61,189 nt of DNA from Acidobacteriota bacterium. Lineage in GTDB: Bacteria; Acidobacteriota; Blastocatellia; Pyrinomonadales; Pyrinomonadaceae. Made by a program: the position numbers and the translations under genes. The notes below the pieces were generated by a model. The model searched no databases, was not told the origin of the DNA, and worked only from the letters and a program-made list of their open reading frames with translations. The first letter of the stretch is position 1. The number at the start of each line of letters is the position of its first letter. The stretch spans positions 1-61,189 of the forward strand of contig JBKPAL010000145.1 of assembly GCA_046726395.1 (NCBI GenBank). The letters are read 5' to 3'. Of this stretch, positions 17,262 through 25,785 are shown piece after piece.

Positions 17262-17382
17262 ACAGAACCGGGAGCGGTAGCGACCGGATGCTACACTCGC
17301 CTTTCTTTGAAGTCGCCGTGGTCTGGTATCTGAGGCGGTTTAGCTGAACCTAGCACCCGTTCGCTATCGCTCCCGGTTCTGT
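17262..17382. repeat. MITE/REP-like hairpin element, family ACAGAACCGGGAGCGGTAGCGACCGGATGCTACA
   Basis: The left arm ACAGAACCGGGAGCGGTAGCGACCGGATGCTA pairs with the right arm TAGCACCCGTTCGCTATCGCTCCCGGTTCTGT (3 mismatches). A second, better-preserved copy lies at 56560-56665, and a half-site at 25713-25728. Confidence 0.8.
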
Positions 17383-17412
17383 ATCGCACGGAGCTCTAAG
17401 CAGGAGAACCCT

Positions 17413-18150
17413 ATGGACTGGATCGCCGACCCACACTCGTGGGTAGCCTTTCTCACCTTACTTGCCCTGGAAGTCGTACTGGGAATCGACAACATCGTCT
17501 TTATCTCAATACTCGCCGGGAAACTTCCTAAAGAGAGGCGAGCGAGAGCGCGCATCGTTGGTCTGGGTCTGGCGATGTTTCTACGAATCGGTCTCCTGTT
17601 CTCGCTGTCTTGGGTTATTGGTCTCACTGATCCGCTGTTCAGGATTCTGGGCCATGAGATTTCGGGGCGTGACATCATTCTGCTTGGAGGCGGCCTCTTC
17701 TTGATCGGCAAGAGCACGCACGAGATTCACGAAAAGCTCGAAGGCGAAGACGGCGAGACCGAAGCACGCGTCGCTTCCTCATTTACAAACGTGATTATTC
17801 AGATCCTGCTGCTTGACGTTGTGTTCTCGCTTGATTCGGTGATCACCGCCGTAGGTATGGTCGAACACATTGGCATCATGATTTCGGCTGTAGTTGTGGC
17901 CGTGATCCTGATGATGATTTTCTCGCACCCAGTCAGTAACTTCGTCGAACGTCGTCCTACGATCAAGATGTTGGCCTTAAGTTTTCTGTTGCTGATCGGA
18001 GTTACTCTTGTCGCTGAAGGATGGGGCCTGCATATTCCTAAAGGATATGTTTACTTTGCGATGGCCTTCTCGTTGTTTGTGGAAATACTCAACACGAGGC
18101 TGCGAAAAGGGAAGGGACAGCCAGTCAAATTGCATCGGGCGATCGAATGA
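17413..18150 (+). CDS. TerC family integral membrane protein
   Basis: Carries the duplicated TerC signature (LGIDNIVFISIL and FSLDSVITAVGM). 245 aa and multi-pass. Confidence 0.85.
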   Translation: MDWIADPHSWVAFLTLLALEVVLGIDNIVFISILAGKLPKERRARARIVGLGLAMFLRIGLLFSLSWVIGLTDPLFRILGHEISGRDIILLGGGLFLIGKSTHEIHEKLEGEDGETEARVASSFTNVIIQILLLDVVFSLDSVITAVGMVEHIGIMISAVVVAVILMMIFSHPVSNFVERRPTIKMLALSFLLLIGVTLVAEGWGLHIPKGYVYFAMAFSLFVEILNTRLRKGKGQPVKLHRAIE

Positions 18151-18257
18151 TCGCCGAGCTCGAACCATGGGTTTGACACTCGCAAAATTCGCAAGCTACC
18201 ATTCGACCCAATGAAAACGCATCTTCGATCGATGCCCTCAATTGCCCCGATAAGCCG

Positions 18258-19181
18258 ATGAATGCTCGTATCGCTGAAAGCATTATCGATCTCGTCGGCA
18301 ACACTCCTTTACTTCATCTTTCCCGCTTCGCCCGTCCGCCGCTCGCAGACATTTACGCAAAGCTCGAGTGCTTCAATCCAGGTGGCTCAGTCAAGGATCG
18401 CACGGCTCTGGGGATGATTCTTGAAGCCGAGCGGAAAGGGCTCTTACAACCAGGCTCCACGATCATTGAGCCCACCGCAGGTAACACCGGTATCGGTCTG
18501 GCCCTCATCGGGGTCGCGCGCGGCTACCGTGTTATTCTGTGTGTACCTCGAGGTTTTGCTGCTGAGAAGATGAAGTTGATGGAAGCGCTGGGCGGCGAAA
18601 TTGAGTATGTCACGCATGAAGCAGGCATGAAGGGTGCAATCGATCGCGCGCACGAGCTGGCGAGTAAGGTTGAAGGGAGCTTTATCCCTCAGCAGTTCGA
18701 AAACTCCGCTAACCCCTCGTTTCATGAAACTACGACTGCTCGGGAAATCTCTGAACAGGTAAAAGGCCGAATCGACGCTGTCGTCATCGGCGCTGGAACC
18801 TCGGGCACGTTTGTTGGCGTTTCACGCGCAATGAAGAAGCTGCATCCAGAAGTACTTTGCGTGCTGGTTGAACCTGAAGGGTCCATTTACGGCGGCAAAC
18901 CACCAGGTCCAAAGAAGATTGAAGGCATCGGTCAAAAGGATTTCATTCCACCAATATTCGAACCCGCTCTCGCCGATGAGATCATGATGGTATCGGACGA
19001 GGATGCATGCGCTGCAATCAGGCGATTAGGAAGGACTGAGGGAATACTGGGTGGTTGGTCCACAGGCGCCGCAGCCGCTGCAGCTCACGAGATAGCGGAA
19101 AGACTGGGATCGGGGAAAACAGTGATTACAGTTTTTCCCGACAACGCTGAACGATATATTAGTCAGGGAATATTCGATTAA
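18258..19181 (+). CDS. Cysteine synthase / O-acetylserine-dependent cystathionine beta-synthase family PLP enzyme (CysK/MccA-like)
   Basis: Has the PLP-lysine motif NPGGSVKDR and the glycine loop GAGTSGT. No C-terminal CBS domains. Confidence 0.88.
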   Translation: MNARIAESIIDLVGNTPLLHLSRFARPPLADIYAKLECFNPGGSVKDRTALGMILEAERKGLLQPGSTIIEPTAGNTGIGLALIGVARGYRVILCVPRGFAAEKMKLMEALGGEIEYVTHEAGMKGAIDRAHELASKVEGSFIPQQFENSANPSFHETTTAREISEQVKGRIDAVVIGAGTSGTFVGVSRAMKKLHPEVLCVLVEPEGSIYGGKPPGPKKIEGIGQKDFIPPIFEPALADEIMMVSDEDACAAIRRLGRTEGILGGWSTGAAAAAAHEIAERLGSGKTVITVFPDNAERYISQGIFD

Positions 19182-19185
19182 AACT

Positions 19186-20325
19186 ATGGGCTTCGCAACT
19201 ACAGCAATTCACAGCGGACAAGAACCTGACCCTACTACTGGAGCGGTCACGGTCCCAATCTATCAAACTTCCACTTATGCGCAGGAAGGATTGGGAAAGC
19301 ACAAAGGTTATGAATATGGACGGACACAGAATCCGACTCGAGCGGCAGTGGAACGTAACATCGCCGCACTTGAAGGCGCGAAATTTGGGTTTGCATTTGC
19401 CTCAGGAATGGCCGCAATTGACGCTACGTTACGTTTGGTGAAAGCGGGTGAGCACGTAATCGTTTCTGATAATACTTACGGCGGCACCTTTCGATTGTTT
19501 ACTCGCATTCTCTCGAACTACAACGTTGAATTTGATTTTGTGGACACATCGGACGCGATGAATGTAGAAGCGGCGATTAAGCCGAACACAAAGATGGTCT
19601 TCATCGAGACACCCACCAACCCGGTGATGATCGTGTCTGATCTCAAAGGCATTTCCGAAGTTGCTCATCGCGTTGGTGCTCGTGTAGTTTGCGACAACAC
19701 GTTCATGTCACCATACCTACAACGACCACTGGAGTTCGGTGTTGATATTGTCGTCCATTCAACGACGAAGTATCTCAATGGACACTCGGACGGCATTGGT
19801 GGAATCGTCGTACTAAATAGTGAAGAAGATGCGAACTGGATTGGTTTCGTTCAAAACAGCGCCGGCGCCATCCTCTCTCCTCTTGACGCATGGCTTGTAA
19901 TGCGAGGCACAAAGACGCTCGCGTTACGAATGGAGCAACACGACAAATCAGGACGCGCAGTCGCAGCCTTTCTCGAAGAGCATCCAAAAGTGAAGCGCGT
20001 TTACTACCCCGGTTCAGCCTCACATCCTCAACATGAATTAGCAAAGCGTCAGCAGCATGGATTCGGCGGCATGGTGGCATTTGACGTCGGCTCACTTTCA
20101 GCAGCCCGAACAGTGCTGGAATCTGTTAAGCTGTGCACGCTTGCCGAAAGCCTTGGTGGTGTGGAAACTCTTATTTCGCATCCGGCGACAATGACTCACG
20201 CGTCCGTGGACGCTGCAAAACGTGAGCGACTGGGTATCACAGACGGGCTGGTGAGAATCTCAGTGGGCCTCGAAGACACGGATGACATTATCGCCGATAT
20301 AGATGAAGCGCTAAGTAAAATCTAA
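19186..20325 (+). CDS. Cystathionine gamma-lyase/gamma-synthase family PLP enzyme (Cys/Met metabolism)
   Basis: Has the STTKYLNGHSD PLP-lysine motif and is 379 aa. Starts 4 nt after the CysK-like gene. Confidence 0.9.
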   Translation: MGFATTAIHSGQEPDPTTGAVTVPIYQTSTYAQEGLGKHKGYEYGRTQNPTRAAVERNIAALEGAKFGFAFASGMAAIDATLRLVKAGEHVIVSDNTYGGTFRLFTRILSNYNVEFDFVDTSDAMNVEAAIKPNTKMVFIETPTNPVMIVSDLKGISEVAHRVGARVVCDNTFMSPYLQRPLEFGVDIVVHSTTKYLNGHSDGIGGIVVLNSEEDANWIGFVQNSAGAILSPLDAWLVMRGTKTLALRMEQHDKSGRAVAAFLEEHPKVKRVYYPGSASHPQHELAKRQQHGFGGMVAFDVGSLSAARTVLESVKLCTLAESLGGVETLISHPATMTHASVDAAKRERLGITDGLVRISVGLEDTDDIIADIDEALSKI

Positions 20326-20405
20326 TCTAAGAAAGTGACAGCTAAAGTCTACAGGGGTTAAAATTGCCTACGAGTTTTTCGCGATAATTCCTGTCCGCTC
20401 TCCTT

Positions 20406-21332
20406 ATGCAAGTCGAACTGCACGCAAAGTCAGATGTCGGTAGAGTACGCCGCGGCAACGAAGATAATTTTCTTGTGCTTGAATTAACCGGCGAGAAGAC
20501 TTGGACCGGATCTGATGGCGCTGAATCTCCCAAAGAACTAACAAGGTTCAATCTCGGTGAAAAGGGTTTGGTACTGGTTGTATCAGACGGGATGGGCGGT
20601 GCGCTCGCAGGTGATGTCGCGAGTCGCATGGCCGTCGATTCAGTGCGCGAAATGCTCATGGGCAATGGCGGTGAAGACGGCTGCCAACCTGAGTTACCAC
20701 TCGTTGATTGTCTAAAGAACGCGACGGTTTACGCGAATCTCGCGATTCACTTACGTAGCCAGGAGGACTCTCGCTGTGCAGGAATGGGAGCTACGTTCAC
20801 GGGCGCCGCAGTAAGAGAAGACATGCTGGATCTGGTCCAAGTTGGTGACAGTCGCGCTTACATCATTCGGAAGGACCAGATTCGCCTGGCGACGAAAGAC
20901 CAATCACTCGTGCAGCAGCTCGTAGATGTTGGCCAAATCAGCGAAGCTGAAGCTGAAACGCACATGTTTCGCAACGTCATTCTTCAAGCATTAGGAGCCC
21001 AGAGCGAAGTAACACCTGTAACTGGACGGATACGCCTGCGACGAGGTGACACTCTATTGCTTTGCAGCGATGGATTGTCGGGGAAGTTGCGCGCGGAAGA
21101 TATTCAGAACATCGTGATGAGTAATCCACAACTATCAAAAGCGTGCAGCGAGCTTATTGCCGAAGCGAATAATCGCGGCGGCGAGGATAACATCACGGTG
21201 GTACTGGCTCGCTTTGATGGTGAAGATTTGGAAGAACCTGCCAACGATCGAATCACAATTGAGCTTCCTCAGCTCGAAGAAGATAAGACTCTCGACGACA
21301 ATTACGAGGCTGATACCGAACCACGGTCATAG
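20406..21332 (+). CDS. PP2C-family serine/threonine protein phosphatase
   Basis: The motifs RRGNEDNF, VSDGMGG, LLLCSDGL and GGEDNITVV are all present. Confidence 0.92.
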   Translation: MQVELHAKSDVGRVRRGNEDNFLVLELTGEKTWTGSDGAESPKELTRFNLGEKGLVLVVSDGMGGALAGDVASRMAVDSVREMLMGNGGEDGCQPELPLVDCLKNATVYANLAIHLRSQEDSRCAGMGATFTGAAVREDMLDLVQVGDSRAYIIRKDQIRLATKDQSLVQQLVDVGQISEAEAETHMFRNVILQALGAQSEVTPVTGRIRLRRGDTLLLCSDGLSGKLRAEDIQNIVMSNPQLSKACSELIAEANNRGGEDNITVVLARFDGEDLEEPANDRITIELPQLEEDKTLDDNYEADTEPRS

Positions 21333-21339
21333 CCGGCGA

Positions 21340-21831
21340 TTACTCAGTTATCGACTTCTGTCGCCAATCATCACCGTCTGTGATTCGCCGGACATAAATA
21401 GACGCTCCCTCTACGCTTTCCACCATCACTCTTTCACCAGCCTCCAAAGGATCTTCTCCCCTCGCTGGGTATGCAGTCCAAGTGGATCCGAATACCTTCA
21501 CCGCGCCTTCGTGCAAAGCCCCGCGACTTGAAGAGACTACAGTTCCCACTTTCCCGGGCAACGCATCAACACCCGTCCTCAGTGAGCTCCCTTCCTTCTC
21601 GCGAGAAAAGTAGTTGACGAAGATTGTGCGCGAGGCGGCGGTGAGACCAACAGACACCAGAGCAAAAATAAGAAACTGCAACGCCAAACTATCGATCCCA
21701 ACAATAGCAGCGAAGGCTGCCGCAAACGCGCCAATACCAAACCAAAGAAGAACGAAACCACTGGTGAATATTTCAGCCACTATTAGGACCGCGCCAAGCA
21801 CAAACCATAAGATCCAGAGGATGTTATCCAT
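21340..21831 (-). CDS. NfeD family membrane protein
   Basis: The N-terminal half is hydrophobic (3 TM). The C-terminal soluble OB-fold-like part (GKVGTVVSS...GAVKVFGSTWTA...GERVMVESVEGASIYV) is typical of short NfeD. Confidence 0.72.
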   Translation of the reverse strand: MDNILWILWFVLGAVLIVAEIFTSGFVLLWFGIGAFAAAFAAIVGIDSLALQFLIFALVSVGLTAASRTIFVNYFSREKEGSSLRTGVDALPGKVGTVVSSSRGALHEGAVKVFGSTWTAYPARGEDPLEAGERVMVESVEGASIYVRRITDGDDWRQKSITE

Positions 21832-21834
21832 TGA

Positions 21835-22755
21835 TTAGCCTTTTAATAGATTCTTCATTACGAACCAGATATTCGCTGGTCGCTCAGCAAGCCGTCTCAT
21901 GAAATAAGGATACCAATGTTTACCATACGGAACGTAAACTCTTACGTTGTAACCATCCTTTGCCAGTTGTCGCTGCAGGTCTCGTCTCACTCCGAACAGC
22001 ATCTGAAATTCAAATGTTTCTTTTCCGATGCTTTCGCGTTGGGTGAAGTCAATAGTAGCCTGAATCATCTTCGGATCGTGCGTGGCTATGCCGTGATAGT
22101 AACCGCTCGTGAGTAGCAGCTGCATAACGCGGACATAGTTCTTATCAGTGTCTTTCTTATCAGGAAAAGCTACTTCGGGCGGCTCATTGTACGCTCCCTT
22201 GCAGATCCGAATTCGCGCCGGCAGCTTCAGCAAATCCACCGCATCATCGTAGGTCCGTCGCAGGTACGACTGCAGCACGATCCCAACATCATTAAGACCA
22301 AACTCCTCGCGCAGCCTTTTGAAAATATCAATCGTCACTTGAGTGACATCTGAGCCTTCCATATCAATCCGAACGAAGTTCCCTCGCCTTGCTGCTTCCG
22401 CAACCACGACGCGCGCATTGTTATAAGCAAGCTCCGGATCGATTTGCAGACCGAATTGACTAAGTTTGATGGAGACATTCGATCGCAAGTCAAACTCATC
22501 AATTGTCGACAGGATTTTCAAATACTCTTTTACTTCAGCCTGCGTCTCCTCAGAACTAGTCACCGATTCATTAAGATGGTCGAAGGAGGCGGTACATCCC
22601 TCGCTGTTGATAGCGCGGATGACGGGCGCCGTCTCTTCAATCGTCTCACCGGCTACAAAGCGAGTTGTCAGTTTCTTGAACGGTCTGAACTTCGCGGCGA
22701 CATCTTTAAGTCCCTGGTGTTCTGATAAATATATTAAGGCGCTTCTAGTAACCAT
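21835..22755 (-). CDS. Proline dehydrogenase (monofunctional)
   Basis: 306 aa, with blocks (VSIKLSQFG, RIDMEGS, VLQSYLRR, RICKGAY, IATHD, FEFQMLFGVRRD) matching the PutA-type proline dehydrogenase TIM barrel. Confidence 0.85.
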   Translation of the reverse strand: MVTRSALIYLSEHQGLKDVAAKFRPFKKLTTRFVAGETIEETAPVIRAINSEGCTASFDHLNESVTSSEETQAEVKEYLKILSTIDEFDLRSNVSIKLSQFGLQIDPELAYNNARVVVAEAARRGNFVRIDMEGSDVTQVTIDIFKRLREEFGLNDVGIVLQSYLRRTYDDAVDLLKLPARIRICKGAYNEPPEVAFPDKKDTDKNYVRVMQLLLTSGYYHGIATHDPKMIQATIDFTQRESIGKETFEFQMLFGVRRDLQRQLAKDGYNVRVYVPYGKHWYPYFMRRLAERPANIWFVMKNLLKG

Positions 22756-22917
22756 GTTCTCCGCTTAAGTACGTTTGTTTGAAGGTTGGTCCAAGAATTT
22801 GTTTGGATTGGTTCGTTTGTTCGGGGCCTGTGGTATTCTTGCGACCGCACTTCAGAGCACTATTTCCAATCGCTCCGGATTTACACAACAAAAGCCAACT
22901 TCGAAGGGTCAGAACGG

Positions 22918-23253
22918 ATGCGTCTGAAGCTGGTATTTATTGCGTCTATCATCGGTGCCCTCATCGGCGCGGGAACAGCTGTAGCGATCATTCTGGCAAT
23001 CTTCGCTTCGCTACATCCGGTAGCTTCACCGGGAATTCTCGTGGGTGCGATTTTCCTGTTGCCACTCACAACTTGTTTACTCGCGGCCGTGTTTGTTTAC
23101 CGTCACACTGCACGCAGGAGAAAGCTCCAGGCATTTCTCACTTTAGTTCTCGCGATACTACTAAGCTTGGCTACGTTCATCGTGGCGTTTTTCGTGACCA
23201 GTCGATCTCAACCAAGACAGCCACCTGTATTACAACCAACAAATCGGGCTTGA
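22918..23253 (+). CDS. Small hypothetical membrane protein (3 predicted TM helices)
   Basis: Only the hydrophobicity pattern supports it. I place the start at the internal ATG 22918 (MRLKLVFIASIIG) rather than the ORF-track start 22786. Confidence 0.4.
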   Translation: MRLKLVFIASIIGALIGAGTAVAIILAIFASLHPVASPGILVGAIFLLPLTTCLLAAVFVYRHTARRRKLQAFLTLVLAILLSLATFIVAFFVTSRSQPRQPPVLQPTNRA

Positions 23254-23263
23254 AGCGCACGAG

Positions 23264-23836
23264 TCATCCAGAATTCAGTCCAATCTTGAACTGAACGGGG
23301 CGAAGCGACTCAATTACAAACGCGATATGCTGATCCAAATCGACTCCTAATTCCTCAGCGCCCTGGTATATGTCGTCGCGGTTGACGGAACGAGCAAACG
23401 CTTTGTCCTTGAGCTTCTTCCTTACAGATTTGACTTCCATATCATCCAAACTCTTACTCGGCCTCACCAAGGCACACGCTACGAGAAACCCACAGAGTTC
23501 ATCAGTCGCAAAAAGCGCTCGGGCCATTTCAGTATCTCGCGGAACTCCGGTGTACGTGGCGTGACCAAGTATTGCTTTGATTATTCGCTCTGGATACCCG
23601 CGGCCACAAAGAATGTTGGAGCCGGTGAATGGATGCTGATCTGGCGAAGGAAACATTTCGTAGTCAAAGTCATGCAGGAGTCCGACCAGTCCCCATTCGT
23701 CTTCATCGGCGTCGGGACCGCCGTAACGCTTCGCACACGCTCGCATTGCCGCCTCGACGGCCAGGGCGTGCTTACGAAGGCTGTCAGTTTTGGTGTACTC
23801 GCAGAGCAGTTCCCACGCTTCGTTTCTGTCTGTCAT
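23264..23836 (-). CDS. HD-domain metal-dependent phosphohydrolase
   Basis: Has an H...HD motif (LRKHALAVE ... GLLHDFDYE). 190 aa. Confidence 0.78.
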   Translation of the reverse strand: MTDRNEAWELLCEYTKTDSLRKHALAVEAAMRACAKRYGGPDADEDEWGLVGLLHDFDYEMFPSPDQHPFTGSNILCGRGYPERIIKAILGHATYTGVPRDTEMARALFATDELCGFLVACALVRPSKSLDDMEVKSVRKKLKDKAFARSVNRDDIYQGAEELGVDLDQHIAFVIESLRPVQFKIGLNSG

Positions 23837-24041
23837 TGCCCGATGAAGGTAAAAGAAGATTGGACTTCGTTCAGGAAAGAGAAACTAACATGGGTATCTA
23901 AGCGGTAACAAGACTAGGTCAGTACCATCACACGGTAGCGGATGGATCAGGTCATTGTCGATTGATGATTGGATTTAATCGGATCTGGATTCATTGACAC
24001 GAAGCGAGGGCCCTGCCCTGCTTATGCTTGGGACAAGGGCG

Positions 24042-24113
24042 GAGCCCAAACAACCATTGAGGTTGGTTGATCGGAAGGGCAAAGCCACTTCCTCAAGTCC
24101 AAAGGGCAAGCCC
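24042..24113. repeat. Solo-arm copy of the GAAGGGCG repeat family seen at 39438-39745
   Basis: GGAAGGGCAAAGCCACTTCCTCAAGTCCAAAGGGCAAGCC (24073-24112) nearly equals the reverse complement of 39521-39560. ACAAGGGCGGAGCCCAAAC matches the GAGAAGGGCGMAGCCCA arms at 39581-39597 and 39634-39650. Confidence 0.7.
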
Positions 24114-24135
24114 ACGTCGCGTGTCGGTGCTGATG

Positions 24136-25491
24136 TTACGGTTCGGAGTTTGGAAGATATCCAGGCTTTGATCGGATGATCACATTCTTGCGGGTGGTGT
24201 TCACTTTGATCTTGCGATACTTCCCATCGCGCTGCTTATTCGTGGGGTAATAACCCAGTGCGTATTGCGTCCGAAGCTCCGCCGCGATCTTTCCAAACGC
24301 ATCAGGCAATGACGCGATAGTGTCGGCGCGAAGCAGACGCCCGCCAGACTTCCGTTCCAGCTCCTTCAGATAAAAGTCCGCTGTGTTGTATGCGAGATCG
24401 AGCATCGCTCCGATGTTGTCATCGCTTCTCCGCCCCGGCCTCGTAGTCGTGGTACCTGGATCGTTCCTCGGATCTGATCTTCTTCTGGGATCAGATGTTC
24501 GACTGGGATCACTAGGGATTGAACCGTCTGGTGAAGGATATCTGTCGCGCTCACGACGATCGCGTTCGTCGCGAGTTCTGCGCAAAATCTCCTCCGGCAA
24601 AGGCAATCCGAGCGGTCCGGTCCTTCTCGTAGTAGTCGGCACTGGACTTGGATCGTCGCTGGGGAAAGTCGGTGCAGTGGTTCCGCTCGGCGGCGCATTG
24701 ATCACATCTCTCGTCGGAAGTACCGGAGACATTTCCTCTGCCTGTTGTCTCACCATTCGCTCAGTTTCCACGCGCGTGTCGTAGCGAATCGGATAAACAA
24801 TCACGCCTTCTTCATCCAAACCCCGCAGCGTACTATCCAGCGTTGCTTGATCACTGATCTGGTCGACGCCATCACTGAACAACACAATCGCTTTCCGACC
24901 TTTAATTGAACGAATAGTGTTTAAGGCAGTTGAGAACGCGTCGTACAGTTTGGTTCCCTGCCCTGATTCGGTTTTGTTAATTGCGGCTCTCAAAAGTGCG
25001 CGGTCGCTGGTGAAGTCATTCAAATCTTTGATCCAATCATTGAATGCGATGACCTTCACTTTGTCGTTCTCTTGCAACTGTTCGACGAATGAAATCGCTG
25101 CCTGCCTGATCTGGCCCAGCTTTTCTTTAGTGCTCGCACTTGTGTCCAACATCAACACAACATGAAAAGGTGCGTTGACAGTGGCGAAGAATGCGACCTC
25201 CTGCTTATTCCCATCCTCCCAAATGTTGAACTCATCTTTCTTAAGATCAGCCGCGTAGATTCCGTTGATGTCTGTGGCGATAACTGGAAGGGTAACCAAG
25301 TCGGTCTCGATCTTTAGCGTATCTACATCCTGATCCTCGGGTGGAGGAGCTGGCGCCTGAGTCGGCGACGGCACAGGTTGAGGTTTAGGTGGCGGAGTGC
25401 GGCGTTGCTTGGCGCTTTGAGCGAGACCCATAGCGCAAAATGCAGCAATTAAAATGGAAAGCAGGAAAGACCGGATGGGAACAGACCGCAT
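24136..25491 (-). CDS. Secreted von Willebrand factor type A domain protein (acidobacterial VWFA-related type)
   Basis: Has a signal peptide, a Pro-rich linker, a VWA core with the MIDAS-like MLDTSAS, a long R/D/P-rich low-complexity insert, and a conserved C-terminal YALGYYPTN...KVNTTRK block as in TIGR03436-type proteins. Confidence 0.78.
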   Translation of the reverse strand: MRSVPIRSFLLSILIAAFCAMGLAQSAKQRRTPPPKPQPVPSPTQAPAPPPEDQDVDTLKIETDLVTLPVIATDINGIYAADLKKDEFNIWEDGNKQEVAFFATVNAPFHVVLMLDTSASTKEKLGQIRQAAISFVEQLQENDKVKVIAFNDWIKDLNDFTSDRALLRAAINKTESGQGTKLYDAFSTALNTIRSIKGRKAIVLFSDGVDQISDQATLDSTLRGLDEEGVIVYPIRYDTRVETERMVRQQAEEMSPVLPTRDVINAPPSGTTAPTFPSDDPSPVPTTTRRTGPLGLPLPEEILRRTRDERDRRERDRYPSPDGSIPSDPSRTSDPRRRSDPRNDPGTTTTRPGRRSDDNIGAMLDLAYNTADFYLKELERKSGGRLLRADTIASLPDAFGKIAAELRTQYALGYYPTNKQRDGKYRKIKVNTTRKNVIIRSKPGYLPNSEP

Positions 25492-25567
25492 TATGTTCTC
25501 CCTTGGCTTGTCGCGATTGGATGGGAACGGAAAACCGTTACTACGATGATAGGCCTAAGAACAACAG

Positions 25568-25708
25568 TTGCCAATCAGGCGATTGCCCATTGCCGATTGC
25601 CAATTTGCGATTGCCGTAGTCGAATTGGGATCTAAGTGGACTCACATCCGGAATTTGAGCAAAAAGATTTCATCACTACGAAGTTTGCAATCGGCAATCG
25701 GCAATGAC
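25568..25708. repeat. Word-type hairpin (CGATTGC heptamer arrays)
   Basis: The left arm TTGCCAATCAGGCGATTGCCCATTGCCGATTGCCAATTTGCGATTGCC faces the right arm GTTTGCAATCGGCAATCGGCAATGAC. A half-site of the ACAGAACCGGGAGCGG family (CCGCTCCCGGTTCTGT, 25713-25728) follows immediately. Confidence 0.7.
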
Positions 25709-25785
25709 TTCGCCGCTCCCGGTTCTGTGTTGTGCGCTCATCCAGCTTCAACTAAAATGCGTTTCGTCCCGGCCTCTTTAACCTG

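Noticed and set aside
17207-17412. yybP-ykoY (Mn) riboswitch upstream of the TerC-family gene
   Set aside because: No conserved core motif is visible, and the spacer is explained by the hairpin repeat element.
23994-24179. 61-aa ORF upstream of the VWA gene end
   Set aside because: It is translated from the GAAGGGCG repeat copy and runs into the 3' end of the convergent VWA gene. No supporting features.
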